Notes: generated by a model from the sequence alone, not told the origin. Positions 11,831 through 21,922 are shown, counted from the first letter of the stretch. The stretch is DNA of 64,000 bases from Candidatus Eiseniibacteriota bacterium (GCA_963823555.1 CAWGMA010000001.1:1984001-2048000), one strand, 5' to 3'. Numbers and translations: made by a program.

Positions 11831-14317
11831 ATGACTGCCAACCGCACTTGCCGCACCACACCACCCAGGACGTGGGCCTCTTTCCCGTCCGACAACCGCG
11901 CGGCGACCTACCGGAGCGTGTCGCATCCGCCGGCCATCGCGTGGCCTCTGGCTCTCGCGGCCTCGATGCTGGCCGTGAGCCTTGCGGGGGCCGTGCCCAT
12001 CGGCGATCTCCATCAGAACGACGCCAGTGGCGTGCCCGCCGCACCGTACACGATCGGTACACCGGTGACCATCTCCGGGATCGTCACGGCGCCGGATACC
12101 GTGTTCAACAAGTTCTCAACCGCCATCCATGTCCAGGACGAAACGGGCGGCGTCTACGTGTTCCAGTCGGGAGGCGTCTTCCAGTGGAACTTCGATCTCG
12201 GTGACACGGTGACCATCACCGGATCGATCGCGCAGTTCCTCGGGATCACCGAGGTCACGAGCCTGTCGACGGTGACCATTCATGAGCGCGGACGACCTGT
12301 GCCCTCTCCGCTCACGCTCACGTGCGCCCAGGTGAACGCCACGTTCGATCCCGCGACCTTTCGCGAGGTGAACGAGTCGCGGCTCATCCGCATCGACAAC
12401 GTCTCGATCGTGGCCGGAAGCTGGCCGGTCACCCCCGGTGGCAACGCCGCGCTCACGATCTCCGACGGCACCGGCACCACGACCCTCCTCATCAACCAGA
12501 ACTCCGAGCTCAACGGCTCACCGGCGCCGCCCACCGTGTTCTCGGTGATCGGCGTCCTGCAGCAGGAGGACTCGACCTCGCCCTACACGTCGGGGTACAG
12601 GATCCTCCCGCGCTACCTTGCCGATATCACCGGTCAGGGGCCATCCATCACCTCCGGGCCGACCGTGGTCGACCTGACACCGACCTCGGCTCGCATCATC
12701 TGGACCACCAACATCGAGTCCTCGAGCCGGGTCGAGTACGGGCCCACCACCGCCTATGGCGGCACCGTCAGCGACCCGACACCGGTGACCGATCATGAGA
12801 TCACCTTGAGCGGAATCGCCGATGCCTCCTACTGGAACTACCGCGTGAGCTCGACCGACCCGGAGGGCACGACCTATAGCGGCAATCACACGTTCGTCAC
12901 GCCGCCCGCCACCGACGAGGCGATCATGGTCTACTTCAACAAGTCGATCGAGCCCGAGTACGCAGCGGGCAAGGTGGCGGCCGGGAACGTTCCGCTCGAC
13001 GAGATCCTGATCTCGCGCATCAGCGCCGCTCGCTTCTCGATCGACTGCGCCATGTACAGCTTCACGCTGCCCAACGTCGCTGACGCGCTCATCGCCGCCC
13101 ACCAGCGCGGGGTCCAGATCCGGGTGATCCGGGAATGGGAGACCTCGGCCACGCAGTACAACCGGCTCCTGGCCGCCGGCATTCCGGCGATCGACAGCCA
13201 CTTCGGCGGCAATCACGCCTCGACCGGGCTCCACCACAACAAGTTCTTCGTGTTCGAGGCCCGGGACAACTCCTCGACCCTCGATGACTGGGTGCTCACC
13301 GGATCGTGGAACCCGACCTTCCAGGGCACGAACGACGATCCGCAGAACGTGGTCGAGATCCGGGACACCGAGGTGGCAGCCGCCTACACCATCGAGTTCA
13401 ACGAGATGTGGGGCTCGGATACCAACGTCCCGGACGCGGTGCAGTCACGCATGGGGACCGAGAAGTGGAACAACACCCAGCACCTCTTCACGGTCAACGA
13501 CATCCCGGTCGAGGTCTACTTCGCCCCCTCGGATGGCCACGAGAACATCATGCTGGCACGCATCGGAAACGACGCCGACCATCAGACCTACTTCGTGACG
13601 CTCACCATCACCCGCGATTCGATCGAGGGCGCCATGAAGTCGAAGTGGGACAACATCCCCGGCTTCGAGGTGCGGGGGGTATTCGACCGGAACCTGGATC
13701 CGAACACCCGCTACTACCAGATGATCGGACAGGCACCGCCGGCCTGGTCGCCGCCGGCGGACGTCCATCTCGGGAACTACTCGCCCGGCTTCCTGCACCA
13801 CAAGACGATGATCATCGACGTCGGCTATCCCGATTCGGACCCTCTCGTCATCACCGGCTCGCCGAACTGGAGTGCCAACGCCCGCAACTACAACGACGAG
13901 AACCAGGTCTACATCCACGACTATTCGATCGCACGCCAGTACCTGCAGGAGTTCGCCGCCCGCTACCATGCCGCGGGCGGCACCGGGTCCCTGGGCGAGG
14001 GCGCCGGCATCCAGGATCCCGGGGCGGCCCCGGAGGCACCGGGCATCCAGCTCTGGGCCTCTCCGAGCCCGTTCGATGAGTCGACGGCGCTGGGATTCAC
14101 GCTCCCCGCCGCCGGTCCGGCTTCACTCGCGATCTACGACGCGGGCGGCCGCCGCGTGCGCCATTTCGAACTGGGCGAGCGGCAAGCGGCGACGCGGCAC
14201 ATGATCGCCTGGGACGGGCGCGACGACCGGGGGCAAGAGCTCGCCAACGGCGTGTATTTCTCCCGGCTCGAGGCCGGAGGCGCCACCGCGACGCGCGCTC
14301 TCATCCGCCTCCGCTGA
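11831..14317 (+). CDS. Secreted phospholipase-D/Nuc-family protein with OB-fold-like, FN3-like and C-terminal FlgD Ig-like domains
   Basis: Signal-like segment; HNKFFVFE...TGSWN and HHKTMIID...TGSPNWS; PSPF...IYDAGGRRVR...WDGRD...GVYF; start uncertain. Confidence 0.85.
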   Translation: MTANRTCRTTPPRTWASFPSDNRAATYRSVSHPPAIAWPLALAASMLAVSLAGAVPIGDLHQNDASGVPAAPYTIGTPVTISGIVTAPDTVFNKFSTAIHVQDETGGVYVFQSGGVFQWNFDLGDTVTITGSIAQFLGITEVTSLSTVTIHERGRPVPSPLTLTCAQVNATFDPATFREVNESRLIRIDNVSIVAGSWPVTPGGNAALTISDGTGTTTLLINQNSELNGSPAPPTVFSVIGVLQQEDSTSPYTSGYRILPRYLADITGQGPSITSGPTVVDLTPTSARIIWTTNIESSSRVEYGPTTAYGGTVSDPTPVTDHEITLSGIADASYWNYRVSSTDPEGTTYSGNHTFVTPPATDEAIMVYFNKSIEPEYAAGKVAAGNVPLDEILISRISAARFSIDCAMYSFTLPNVADALIAAHQRGVQIRVIREWETSATQYNRLLAAGIPAIDSHFGGNHASTGLHHNKFFVFEARDNSSTLDDWVLTGSWNPTFQGTNDDPQNVVEIRDTEVAAAYTIEFNEMWGSDTNVPDAVQSRMGTEKWNNTQHLFTVNDIPVEVYFAPSDGHENIMLARIGNDADHQTYFVTLTITRDSIEGAMKSKWDNIPGFEVRGVFDRNLDPNTRYYQMIGQAPPAWSPPADVHLGNYSPGFLHHKTMIIDVGYPDSDPLVITGSPNWSANARNYNDENQVYIHDYSIARQYLQEFAARYHAAGGTGSLGEGAGIQDPGAAPEAPGIQLWASPSPFDESTALGFTLPAAGPASLAIYDAGGRRVRHFELGERQAATRHMIAWDGRDDRGQELANGVYFSRLEAGGATATRALIRLR

Positions 14318-14570
14318 TCCAGCAAGAGACCGCTCCCGCTCGAGCAGACCGTTCGCTGCGGCTGGCGACCGTTCGGTCCCGGTCGATCGATTGGTGCGCT
14401 ATTTCTCTATAATCAATTATCAGGCAAATACTTACGATGATCGGTCGATATTCGACCGCTGTTCGCTTCATTCCTTTAAGCGCCGATCACAAAACAAATT
14501 ACCGCGGAGACCGGGCGTTTCCTGCGGAGCCGCTTCAGGCAGAGCTCCCAAACTGCTTGAAAGTTGGGGA

Positions 14571-14599
14571 TTGACGACGGCGCGTCGCCGCTCTAGCTT
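14571..14599 (+). promoter_or_regulatory. Sigma70-like promoter for the outer-membrane protein gene
   Basis: TTGACG-17 nt-TAGCTT. Confidence 0.6.
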
Positions 14600-14890
14600 C
14601 CCGCCCGAACTTCCCGACGGGGCTCGGTTCAATCCCCCGGAAGATGGGGAGTCGAAAGAGAGAATCACGGTTTCACCTGCGTCGCCCGCGATGTGCGGTG
14701 ATGCGCTGGCGGGACGAAGCGGGGAACCGCAAGAGTTCCCAGCGCAAATCCACTGGGTGGGCGCTCGGATACCAGGGTCCTGAACCCTTGCTCCACGAAG
14801 TGCTGGGCTGGTGACCAGGGAGGCCAGTGCCCCGGCCCCCAGCGATGGTGTCCGCCCTCGCAGGGTGGGTCCTAACCAGGAGGTTCGTCC

Positions 14891-15376
14891 ATGTTCAGGA
14901 GTGCGCTCCTCGCTTCAATGTGTGCTTTGCTCGTGGCCTCGGTCGCCATGGCCGACGCCCCTTCGAGCCTGATGGGTGGTAACTGGTCCCTGGGCTTCAA
15001 CGCCGATGCCAGCGAGGCCATCGCTGTCGGCTACCAGCTCAGGGATATGATGAAGGTCGGAGGCCAGGTCGGCGTTGCCAGCACCGATCCGGGGGATACG
15101 GCCTGGAGCGTCGGCGTCCTGGCGCACTGGTACCTGGCCAGCCTCTCGAACCAGTACTTCTCGCCCTTCGTTGGCGGCGAGTTCGGCTGGTCGGATTCCG
15201 GGCGCGAGGGGTCGGACGGAACCCTCAACCTGAACGCCCGGTTCGGCGGCGAGGCCTTCCCGGTCCCGCCGCTGTCGGTCGGTGGCTACATCGGCTTCGG
15301 GTGGCGGGAACTGGACGCCGATACCGACTTCTTCGGCACGCTCCGCTCGGCGTTCTTCGTCAACCTGTACTGGTAG
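14891..15376 (+). CDS. Small outer-membrane beta-barrel protein
   Basis: AGGAGG SD, signal peptide, amphipathic strands (SPFVGGEFGW, GGEAFP), terminal aromatic FVNLYW. Confidence 0.8.
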   Translation: MFRSALLASMCALLVASVAMADAPSSLMGGNWSLGFNADASEAIAVGYQLRDMMKVGGQVGVASTDPGDTAWSVGVLAHWYLASLSNQYFSPFVGGEFGWSDSGREGSDGTLNLNARFGGEAFPVPPLSVGGYIGFGWRELDADTDFFGTLRSAFFVNLYW

Positions 15377-15405
15377 ACCACTCGGTCACGTTGACGGCGT
15401 GATAC

Positions 15406-15443
15406 GACCGGGGATGGCTCGCGCCATCCCCGGTCTCTTCTTT
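15406..15443 (+). terminator. Rho-independent terminator between the convergent OMP and cinA genes
   Basis: GACCGGGGATGGC-TCGC-GCCATCCCCGGTC followed by TCTTCTTT. Confidence 0.85.
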
Positions 15444-15462
15444 GGGCCGGGCAGAAATTCCG

Positions 15463-16710
15463 CTAGCGAGCGATGTCCAGCGAGACTCGACGCACCAGAT
15501 CGAGGGCGAGAGTGGCCGCCCGCTCGCGGACCTGCTGGCGATTCCCCGGGAGCAAGAAGCGGCGGGCGACCGGGGCACTTCTCCCGTTCGAGGCGACGGC
15601 GGCGTAGACGAGCCCCACCGGCTTCTCGGAGGTCCCGCCTCCAGGTCCGGCAATTCCCGTGACGGCGAGACCCAGATCCGATGCGAACCGGGCGACGGCG
15701 CCCCGCGCCATCGCCGCCGCCACCTCCGCGCTCACGGCGCCGTGCACGGCGAGGAGATCGGCCGGAACCCCGAGCAGCCGCTCCTTCGCCTCGTTCGCAT
15801 AGGCGACCACCCCACCGCTGAAGTAGGCCGAGCTCCCCGGAACCTGCGTCACCCGATAGCCCACGAGCCCCCCCGTGCAGGACTCGGCGAGCGCCAGCGT
15901 GAGCTTCCGCTCGAGCAGAAGGCGGCCGACCACCTCCTCGATCGACTCCTCGCCGCGCGCGTAGACCTGCGCGGGGAACGAGCGAGCGATGGCATCGGCG
16001 ACGCGCGCCACGGCCGGCCCCTCCTCGGGAGCGAACCCGGTGATCCGCACGTCCACACCCCCCGGGCCGGGGAGATAGGCGATGACGACGGGGGACCGAT
16101 CGATCCCGTCCTTCTCCACGCGCTCCGCGATCTCGGATTCCGGGATACCGGTCGTTCGCACGGTGGCCGCCGGCAGAACAGCGAGCCCGGGGAAATGGGC
16201 CTTGAGGCGTGGGAGAACGACCTCGCGCGTCATCGCCTCGAGCTCGCGCGGGATGCCCGGAAGCGCACAGAGCACCGTCCCCCCGCGCTCGAACCAGAGC
16301 CCGGGGGCGAGCCCGATCGGGTTCTCGAGCTGGACCATGCCGGAGGGCAGGAGCGCCTGGCGCCGGCCGACCGGACCGAGCTCGCGGCCGAGGCTCGCAT
16401 GGCGCGCCGCGATTCGCTCGAGCACCGCCGGGTCCTCGACCAGGGGGACGCCGGCGAGCTCCCCCAAGCAGTCGCGCGTCACATCATCGGCGGTGGGACC
16501 GAGCCCGCCGGAAACAAGGATGATCTCCGAATCGGCGCCGGCCATATCGAGCGCGGCGAGGATCGCCGCGCGATCATCGCCCACACTCAGATGGCGGTGC
16601 ACCAGGACCCCGGCGGCGCCGAGCGCCCGCGCCAGGAACCCGAAGTTGGTGTCGAGCGTACGCCCGGAGAGGAGCTCGTTGCCGATGGTCAGGACCGTGG
16701 CCCGGGTCAT
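15463..16710 (-). CDS. cinA: Competence/damage-inducible protein A (MocF + PncC)
   Basis: IGNELLSG..LDTN, GGLGPTADD, LPGIPRE, AESCTGG, TGIAGPGGG..KPVGLV. Confidence 0.96.
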   Translation of the reverse strand: MTRATVLTIGNELLSGRTLDTNFGFLARALGAAGVLVHRHLSVGDDRAAILAALDMAGADSEIILVSGGLGPTADDVTRDCLGELAGVPLVEDPAVLERIAARHASLGRELGPVGRRQALLPSGMVQLENPIGLAPGLWFERGGTVLCALPGIPRELEAMTREVVLPRLKAHFPGLAVLPAATVRTTGIPESEIAERVEKDGIDRSPVVIAYLPGPGGVDVRITGFAPEEGPAVARVADAIARSFPAQVYARGEESIEEVVGRLLLERKLTLALAESCTGGLVGYRVTQVPGSSAYFSGGVVAYANEAKERLLGVPADLLAVHGAVSAEVAAAMARGAVARFASDLGLAVTGIAGPGGGTSEKPVGLVYAAVASNGRSAPVARRFLLPGNRQQVRERAATLALDLVRRVSLDIAR

Positions 16711-16729
16711 CGCCACCTCGGCCGCGGCG

Positions 16730-17245
16730 TCAAGCCGCCCGCGCCATCAGGGCCAGCATGACGCGCACCGCGAGATTGGCGTAGATCCCGGCGACGACAT
16801 CATCGGTCACGACGCCGAACCCTCCCGGGAGCTTCTCGGCGCGCCGCCCCGGGAAGGGTTTGAGGACATCGAAGACCCGAAAGGCGAAGAAGGCGAGAAC
16901 CGCCGTCTCGCGGCCCGCGGGGAGGGCGAAGAGCGTGGCCGCCATGCCCGCACCCTCGTCGATCACGATGTGCCGCGCGTCATGACCCCACACCCTCTCG
17001 CCCCGGCCTGCCGCCCACACCGCGATCGGGGTCACGGCGAGGAAGATGAGCGCATCGACCACGGGGGCGAGCGGAGGCAGGAAGGCGTAGCCGATGGCGA
17101 TGGCAAGGCTCGCCACCGTCGCCGGCACGAGCGGAGAGAACCCGAGCGGTCCAAGCGAGGCCAGGATGAGCGCGACCCTCGTGATGGCCGGAACGCCGGC
17201 GTGGTGCTCGTCCTCCGGACCCCCTATCGGGCCTTCAGGCTTCAT
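16730..17245 (-). CDS. pgpA: Phosphatidylglycerophosphatase A
   Basis: PATVASL, HDARHIVIDE, FRVFDVLKPFP, GGFGVVTDDVVAG. Confidence 0.92.
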   Translation of the reverse strand: MKPEGPIGGPEDEHHAGVPAITRVALILASLGPLGFSPLVPATVASLAIAIGYAFLPPLAPVVDALIFLAVTPIAVWAAGRGERVWGHDARHIVIDEGAGMAATLFALPAGRETAVLAFFAFRVFDVLKPFPGRRAEKLPGGFGVVTDDVVAGIYANLAVRVMLALMARAA

Positions 17246-17889
17246 CGCGGCACCGCGCTGGCCGCACGCCCCGCGCCCGCAGCGGCCCGCGCCGCGACGC
17301 GAGCCGCCGCTCCGTCTTCGAGGGAACGCAGCACCCCGCGGCAGCAGGCCTTGAGGGTCTCGACGACGCCGTTCCCGTCCTTGGCCACTGCCTCGAAGGC
17401 CGGCGCGCCGTGCGTGTTGAGAAGAGCATCGAGATGAGCCACCGGCACCGCACCCGGCAGGTCGCGCTTGTTCCACTGCATGACGAGCGGGATGCGGTCG
17501 AGACCGAGGCGGTCCTGGCGGAGATTCTTGACCAGATCGTCGAGGCTCTCGAGATTCTCGAGCAGGCGCCGGCGCTGCGAGTCCGCGACGAAGACGATAC
17601 CGTCGACGTCGCGCAGGATGAGGCGCCGAGAGGCCGCATAGTATCCCTGGCCGGGAACCGTGTAGAGATGGAAACGCACACGGAAGCCGCGCACCTGCCC
17701 GAGATCGATCGGCAGGAAATCGAAGAACAACGTGCGTTCGTTCTCGGTGGCGATCGAGACCATGCGGCCTCGTGCATGATCGGGAAGACGGCCGTGGATA
17801 CGAAGCAGATTGGTGGTCTTACCACCCAGTCCGGGGCCGTAGTAGACGATCTTGGCGTGGATCTCCCGGGACGGGTAGTTGATGAGCAC
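17242..17889 (-). CDS. mglA: MglA-family small GTPase
   Basis: KIVYYGPGLGGKTTNL, ERTLFFDF, TVPGQ, DGIVFVADS, NKRDL. Confidence 0.95.
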   Translation of the reverse strand: MLINYPSREIHAKIVYYGPGLGGKTTNLLRIHGRLPDHARGRMVSIATENERTLFFDFLPIDLGQVRGFRVRFHLYTVPGQGYYAASRRLILRDVDGIVFVADSQRRRLLENLESLDDLVKNLRQDRLGLDRIPLVMQWNKRDLPGAVPVAHLDALLNTHGAPAFEAVAKDGNGVVETLKACCRGVLRSLEDGAAARVAARAAAGAGRAASAVPR

Positions 17890-17897
17890 GCGATTCC

Positions 17898-18401
17898 CTA
17901 ATCACCGAACAGGCCATCCAGCTCCGCTTCGGCGGCCTCGGCAAACCCCGCGCCGATGACCGGCTCCATCTCCTCGACGCCGCCAGCCTGGATCTTGGCG
18001 AACAAGCTGTCGAGGATGGCCTCGAGGCGCGTCGCCACCTTCTTGGCCTGGAAGCGGACGAGGCCGAGCGTCGTGGTCTTGTCGTAAACGGCGGCGAGGA
18101 TGACGCGATCGGCCATCATCTGGAGGTAGAGGCCGGAATCGGCGCCTTGATGCACCAGGGTCTTGAAGTCGGTCTCCCCGACCAGGGCCGCCAGCTCGCG
18201 ATTGGCGGCGAAGTCGGCCGCGGCGAGAGAGGCGAAGGCATCGAGATCGAACTCGGGAAACGCGCCCACCGTCGTGATGAGCTGTCCGGTCTTGTCGATC
18301 AGCGCCACGCCACGACAGTAAGAACCCGAGAGGAAGCGATCGAGGGCTTCATCGATGCCCCAGAAATCTTCCTCGTACAAGGCCCAGTTTCGTCCGACCA
18401 T
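17898..18401 (-). CDS. mglB: Roadblock/LC7 protein MglB (GAP of MglA)
   Basis: LIDKTGQLI, ASLAAADFAA, TTLGLVR, acidic C-terminal helix ELDGLFG; adjacent to mglA. Confidence 0.92.
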   Translation of the reverse strand: MVGRNWALYEEDFWGIDEALDRFLSGSYCRGVALIDKTGQLITTVGAFPEFDLDAFASLAAADFAANRELAALVGETDFKTLVHQGADSGLYLQMMADRVILAAVYDKTTTLGLVRFQAKKVATRLEAILDSLFAKIQAGGVEEMEPVIGAGFAEAAEAELDGLFGD

Positions 18402-18760
18402 GGGCAGCTCCGGTTTACCGGCGGAGATCCGGTCTGGTAAGGCCCGGCGCCACGTGGGCGGCGATTCAGGATGATTCCGCCAGGCTGCCTGTGCGCGAGT
18501 GCCTGTCGGGACCACTTCTTGGCCCTGCAAGACCCCCCGCAGGAACGCGGTTCCGGACCGCATTCTGGACGGCGACGCTATCAGGCGACCAAAAGCCGGT
18601 CAATCGGAAATGACGATTCGGTGCGAACATTCGGGCGCGGAGGGGTCCGAGAAAGGCCGGATCGGAGCCCCGGGGGCTGCCGGCCTGTGGGGATCGCCCC
18701 CATCCCTCCCGCAGAGACCGGGATCTCGCCCGCGCGGGATCTCGCCCCGGGAGATCCCGC

Positions 18761-19360
18761 CTAGATCTCCCGGCGCCCCGCCAGGGCGCTGGCCAGGGTC
18801 GATTGATCGGAATACTCGAGATCGGATCCCACCGGCACGCCCCGCGCGATCCGCGTCACCCGAATGCCGAGCGGAGAGATGAGGCGGCTCAGGTAGAGCG
18901 CCGTGGCCTCGCCGGCGGCGTTGGGGTTGGTGGCGATGATGACCTCGTCCACGTGCCCGCTCGAGAGCCGAGCGATGAGCTCCTTCACCCTGAGCTCGTC
19001 GGGACCGATCCCGTCCAGCGGCGAGATGGAACCGCGAAGCACATGGTACTTGCCGCGGAACTCGGCGGTGCGCTCGATGGCGAGCAGATCGGAGGACTGC
19101 TCGACAACACAGATCACCGCCGCGGTCCGGTTCTGGTCGCGGCAAATCGTGCACGACTCGTCCTCGGTCAGATGGCCGCACACCCCGCAGAAGCCCACGC
19201 GCTCTTTGACCGTGACGATGGCCTCGGCCAGGCGCTCCGCCTCCTCGCGGGGCATCTTGAGGATGTGAAGAGCCAGGCGCGTCGCGGTCTTCTGCCCGAT
19301 CGAGGGCAAACGGGTCAACTCCTCGACCAGTCGCCCCACCAGATCCGAACCAAACTCCAT
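18761..19360 (-). CDS. recR: Recombination mediator RecR
   Basis: LPSIGQKTATRLA, C4 zinc finger, ICVVE, YHVL.G.ISPLDG, ATNP..GEATA. Confidence 0.98.
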   Translation of the reverse strand: MEFGSDLVGRLVEELTRLPSIGQKTATRLALHILKMPREEAERLAEAIVTVKERVGFCGVCGHLTEDESCTICRDQNRTAAVICVVEQSSDLLAIERTAEFRGKYHVLRGSISPLDGIGPDELRVKELIARLSSGHVDEVIIATNPNAAGEATALYLSRLISPLGIRVTRIARGVPVGSDLEYSDQSTLASALAGRREI

Positions 19361-19374
19361 CCGTAGTCTCCCAC

Positions 19375-19704
19375 TCACATGAGACCGCCGAGACCGCCCA
19401 GTTCCATCCCGCCGGTGGCCTTCTCCATCTCGGCCTTGACCGCGGCGGCGGCCACTCGCTGCGCCTCGTTGACCGCACTCAGGACCAGGTCCTCGAGCAA
19501 ATCCACCTCATCGGCGACGACGACCTTGGGATCGATCTTGATCGACTTGAGCTCGTGGCGACCATTGACCACGGCTTCGACCACACCGCCACCCGCCGTG
19601 GCCGAGAACTCCCGGCTGGCCGCCTCCTCTTCGATCTGGGCGATGCGGTCCTGCATGGCCTGGGCCTGTTTCATGAGCTTGCCAAACTGCCGGTTCATCT
19701 TCAT
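19375..19704 (-). CDS. ybaB: YbaB/EbfC nucleoid-associated protein
   Basis: LMKQAQAMQ, AGGGVV, LEDLVLSAVNEA; lies between dnaX and recR. Confidence 0.96.
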   Translation of the reverse strand: MKMNRQFGKLMKQAQAMQDRIAQIEEEAASREFSATAGGGVVEAVVNGRHELKSIKIDPKVVVADEVDLLEDLVLSAVNEAQRVAAAAVKAEMEKATGGMELGGLGGLM

Positions 19705-19765
19705 CGAACACTCCCCTCGAGCAGGGCGCGATCGGCACCCCGGTTCATCGCGTCACCGGGCGAGC

Positions 19766-21593
19766 CTAGTCCAAAATGATCCCGTCGAACCTCTCGACGA
19801 CCTCCTCGACTCCCGCCGAGAAGCGCGTCGGAGGTGCGGCCTTGGGCCTCGGCGCAGCCTCGACGCGAGGCGCTGGGCCCGGAGCGTGCCCGCGCCCGAC
19901 CTCGATCCGCACGCCATCGCCAAAGACCGAACGGACTTCCTCGGCGACGATGGCCATGTTCCTCGGCTCGAGCACCTTGCCGCGGTAGAAGCTCTGGCCC
20001 GCGGCGAAACCCAGCTGGAGGACACCCTGGGCGAATCCCACCTCGCGCGCCTCGGCGAGCAGGCTGGCGAGGGAGGTCTTCCGCACCTTGACGCGCTCGA
20101 TGACCTCTTGCCAGCGAGGATCCTGGGCCGGACCGGCATCGACAGCGATCGCGTTCGAGTCCACCTCCCCGGCATGGCCTGGATCGCCCCCCACCTCGGT
20201 CTCGTTCTCGATCGCAGCCCCTTCTTCCGCCTCCCCCGCGCCGGGTGCTTCGGCGATCATGGCGGCGGGCCCCGCCGACTCCATGCTGTAAAGGGGCCCT
20301 CGCGCCAGTTCGGTGGGACGTGATGCCGCGCTCGGCGCCATGCTGGTCCGACGTGACTTGCCGGTAGAGCCGCCACTCCCCTGCGTCCCGACCGCCGATG
20401 CCCCGCGAGAGCCCGTGGACGGGGCGCCGCCCCCGGCCCCTCGTTCCGCTCCTCCCACCCCGAGGGCATCGAGGCGCCCGAGGAGAGCACGGAGATCGGC
20501 AGTGGAACTGAGCTCCGCCATCTCGACCAGGGCCAGCTCAAGGTAGACCCGGGGGAACTCGCTCCGCCGCATCTCCCGGACGGCACCCAGGGCCAGACCC
20601 AGGATGCGAGCCACATCGCCCTTCGTCCAGGACTCGAGTTGCGTCGTAGTAACGACCTACCAGATCGTCGGTTAAGCCTGTCGTCGAGGCCAGGTCGTGG
20701 GATACGGCGAGCAGCAGGAGATGGCGCAGGTGCTCGATCAAACCGGTGGCGAACTCGCCGATGTTGGCCCCCTCGGCCAGCACGCTGTCGAGAAGGGCGA
20801 GCGCCCCCTGCCCGTCATGCGCGGCAATCCGCTCGGTGAGCGCGAGGAAGGTATCGACGCCGGTGAGCCCGAGCAAGCGCTCGACCCCGGCCCGGTCCAG
20901 ATCGCCATCGGCGGCGGCCACCACCTGATCGAGAAGCACCTCGGCATCGCGGAGCGAGCCCTGGGCGCGCTGGCTCAGGATCCGGAGCGCCCCGGGGTCG
21001 ACCCGGAACTTCTCCTGCTTGACGATCTTCTGGAGCTGGTTCTCGATGTCGACGACAGCAAGGCGGCGGAAATCGAAGCGCTGGACCCGAGACACGATGG
21101 TGTCCGGGACCTTCTGCACCTCGGTCGTGGCGAGGACGAAGACCACGTGCGCCGGCGGCTCCTCGAGGGTCTTCAGGAGCGCGTTGAACCCATGGGCCGT
21201 GACCTGATGCACCTCGTCGATGATGTAGAGCTTGAAACGCCCCCCACTCGGGGCGTAGCGCGCGTTCTCCCGGAGCTCCCGGACTTGATCGATCCCGCCC
21301 GATGAGGCACCGTCGATCTCGAGCACATCCAGACTGCGCCCGGCCGTGATCTCGCTGCAGACGTCACACTGGTTGCACGGCGCCTGTTCCGGACCCCGCT
21401 CGCAATTGAGCGCCTTGGCCAGGATGCGGGCCGTCGATGTCTTGCCCACCCCTCGCGGACCGGTGAACAGATAGCCATGCGCCACACGCTGGGTGGCCAC
21501 GGCCCCGGCGAGAACGCGCGTGACATGCTCCTGGCCGATGACTTCGGCGAAGGTCTGGGGCCGATAGCGACGAGCAAGGACCTGGTATGCCAT
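19766..21593 (-). CDS. dnaX: DNA polymerase III subunit gamma/tau, split by a +1 frameshift near 20630
   Basis: MAYQVLARRYRPQTF, GPRGVGKTS, EIDGAS, IIDEVH, FVLATTE; continuation (WTKGDVARIL...PRVYLELALV) is in the adjacent frame. Confidence 0.93.
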
Positions 21594-21665
21594 CGAGCTA
21601 CTGGGCTCCTGGGACAGGCCCTTTCGAGCCCGCCCCGGCTTCGGGCGCCGGTCCATTGGCGGCCA

Positions 21666-21778
21666 GCGCACCGGGCCAGGGTGACCCACGGCACATCACA
21701 CGATCTGCTTACCGCTGCTACCTTCCGGTCCTGACGGGGTTCACAGGGTGCAATTGCGTGGGGCCTGACCCGGTGCGC
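21666..21778 (-). ncRNA. ffs: Signal recognition particle RNA (4.5S)
   Basis: Core GUCAGGACCGGAAGGUAGCAGC inside a long hairpin; upstream of dnaX. Confidence 0.93.
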
Positions 21779-21846
21779 GGGTCGCAGGCCGGCGTCATCC
21801 ATGCGAAAGCGCCCGACCGTGGCGGTAGCGACGGTCGGGCGGTCAA

Positions 21847-21922
21847 TGGTGGAGATGAGCGGGATCGAACCGCCGACCTCCTCGTTGCGAACGAGGCGCT
21901 CTCCCAACTGAGCTACATCCCC
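21847..21922 (-). tRNA. tRNA-Ala(CGC)
   Basis: GGGGATGTAGCTCAG...CCTCG-TT-CGC-AA-CGAGG...TTCGAT...CCA. Confidence 0.97.

Noticed and set aside
14700..14800. Known riboswitch (c-di-GMP-I, c-di-AMP, cobalamin) in the OMP leader
   Set aside because: Only partial resemblance and the core consensus elements were not found, so it is reported as an unassigned structured leader.
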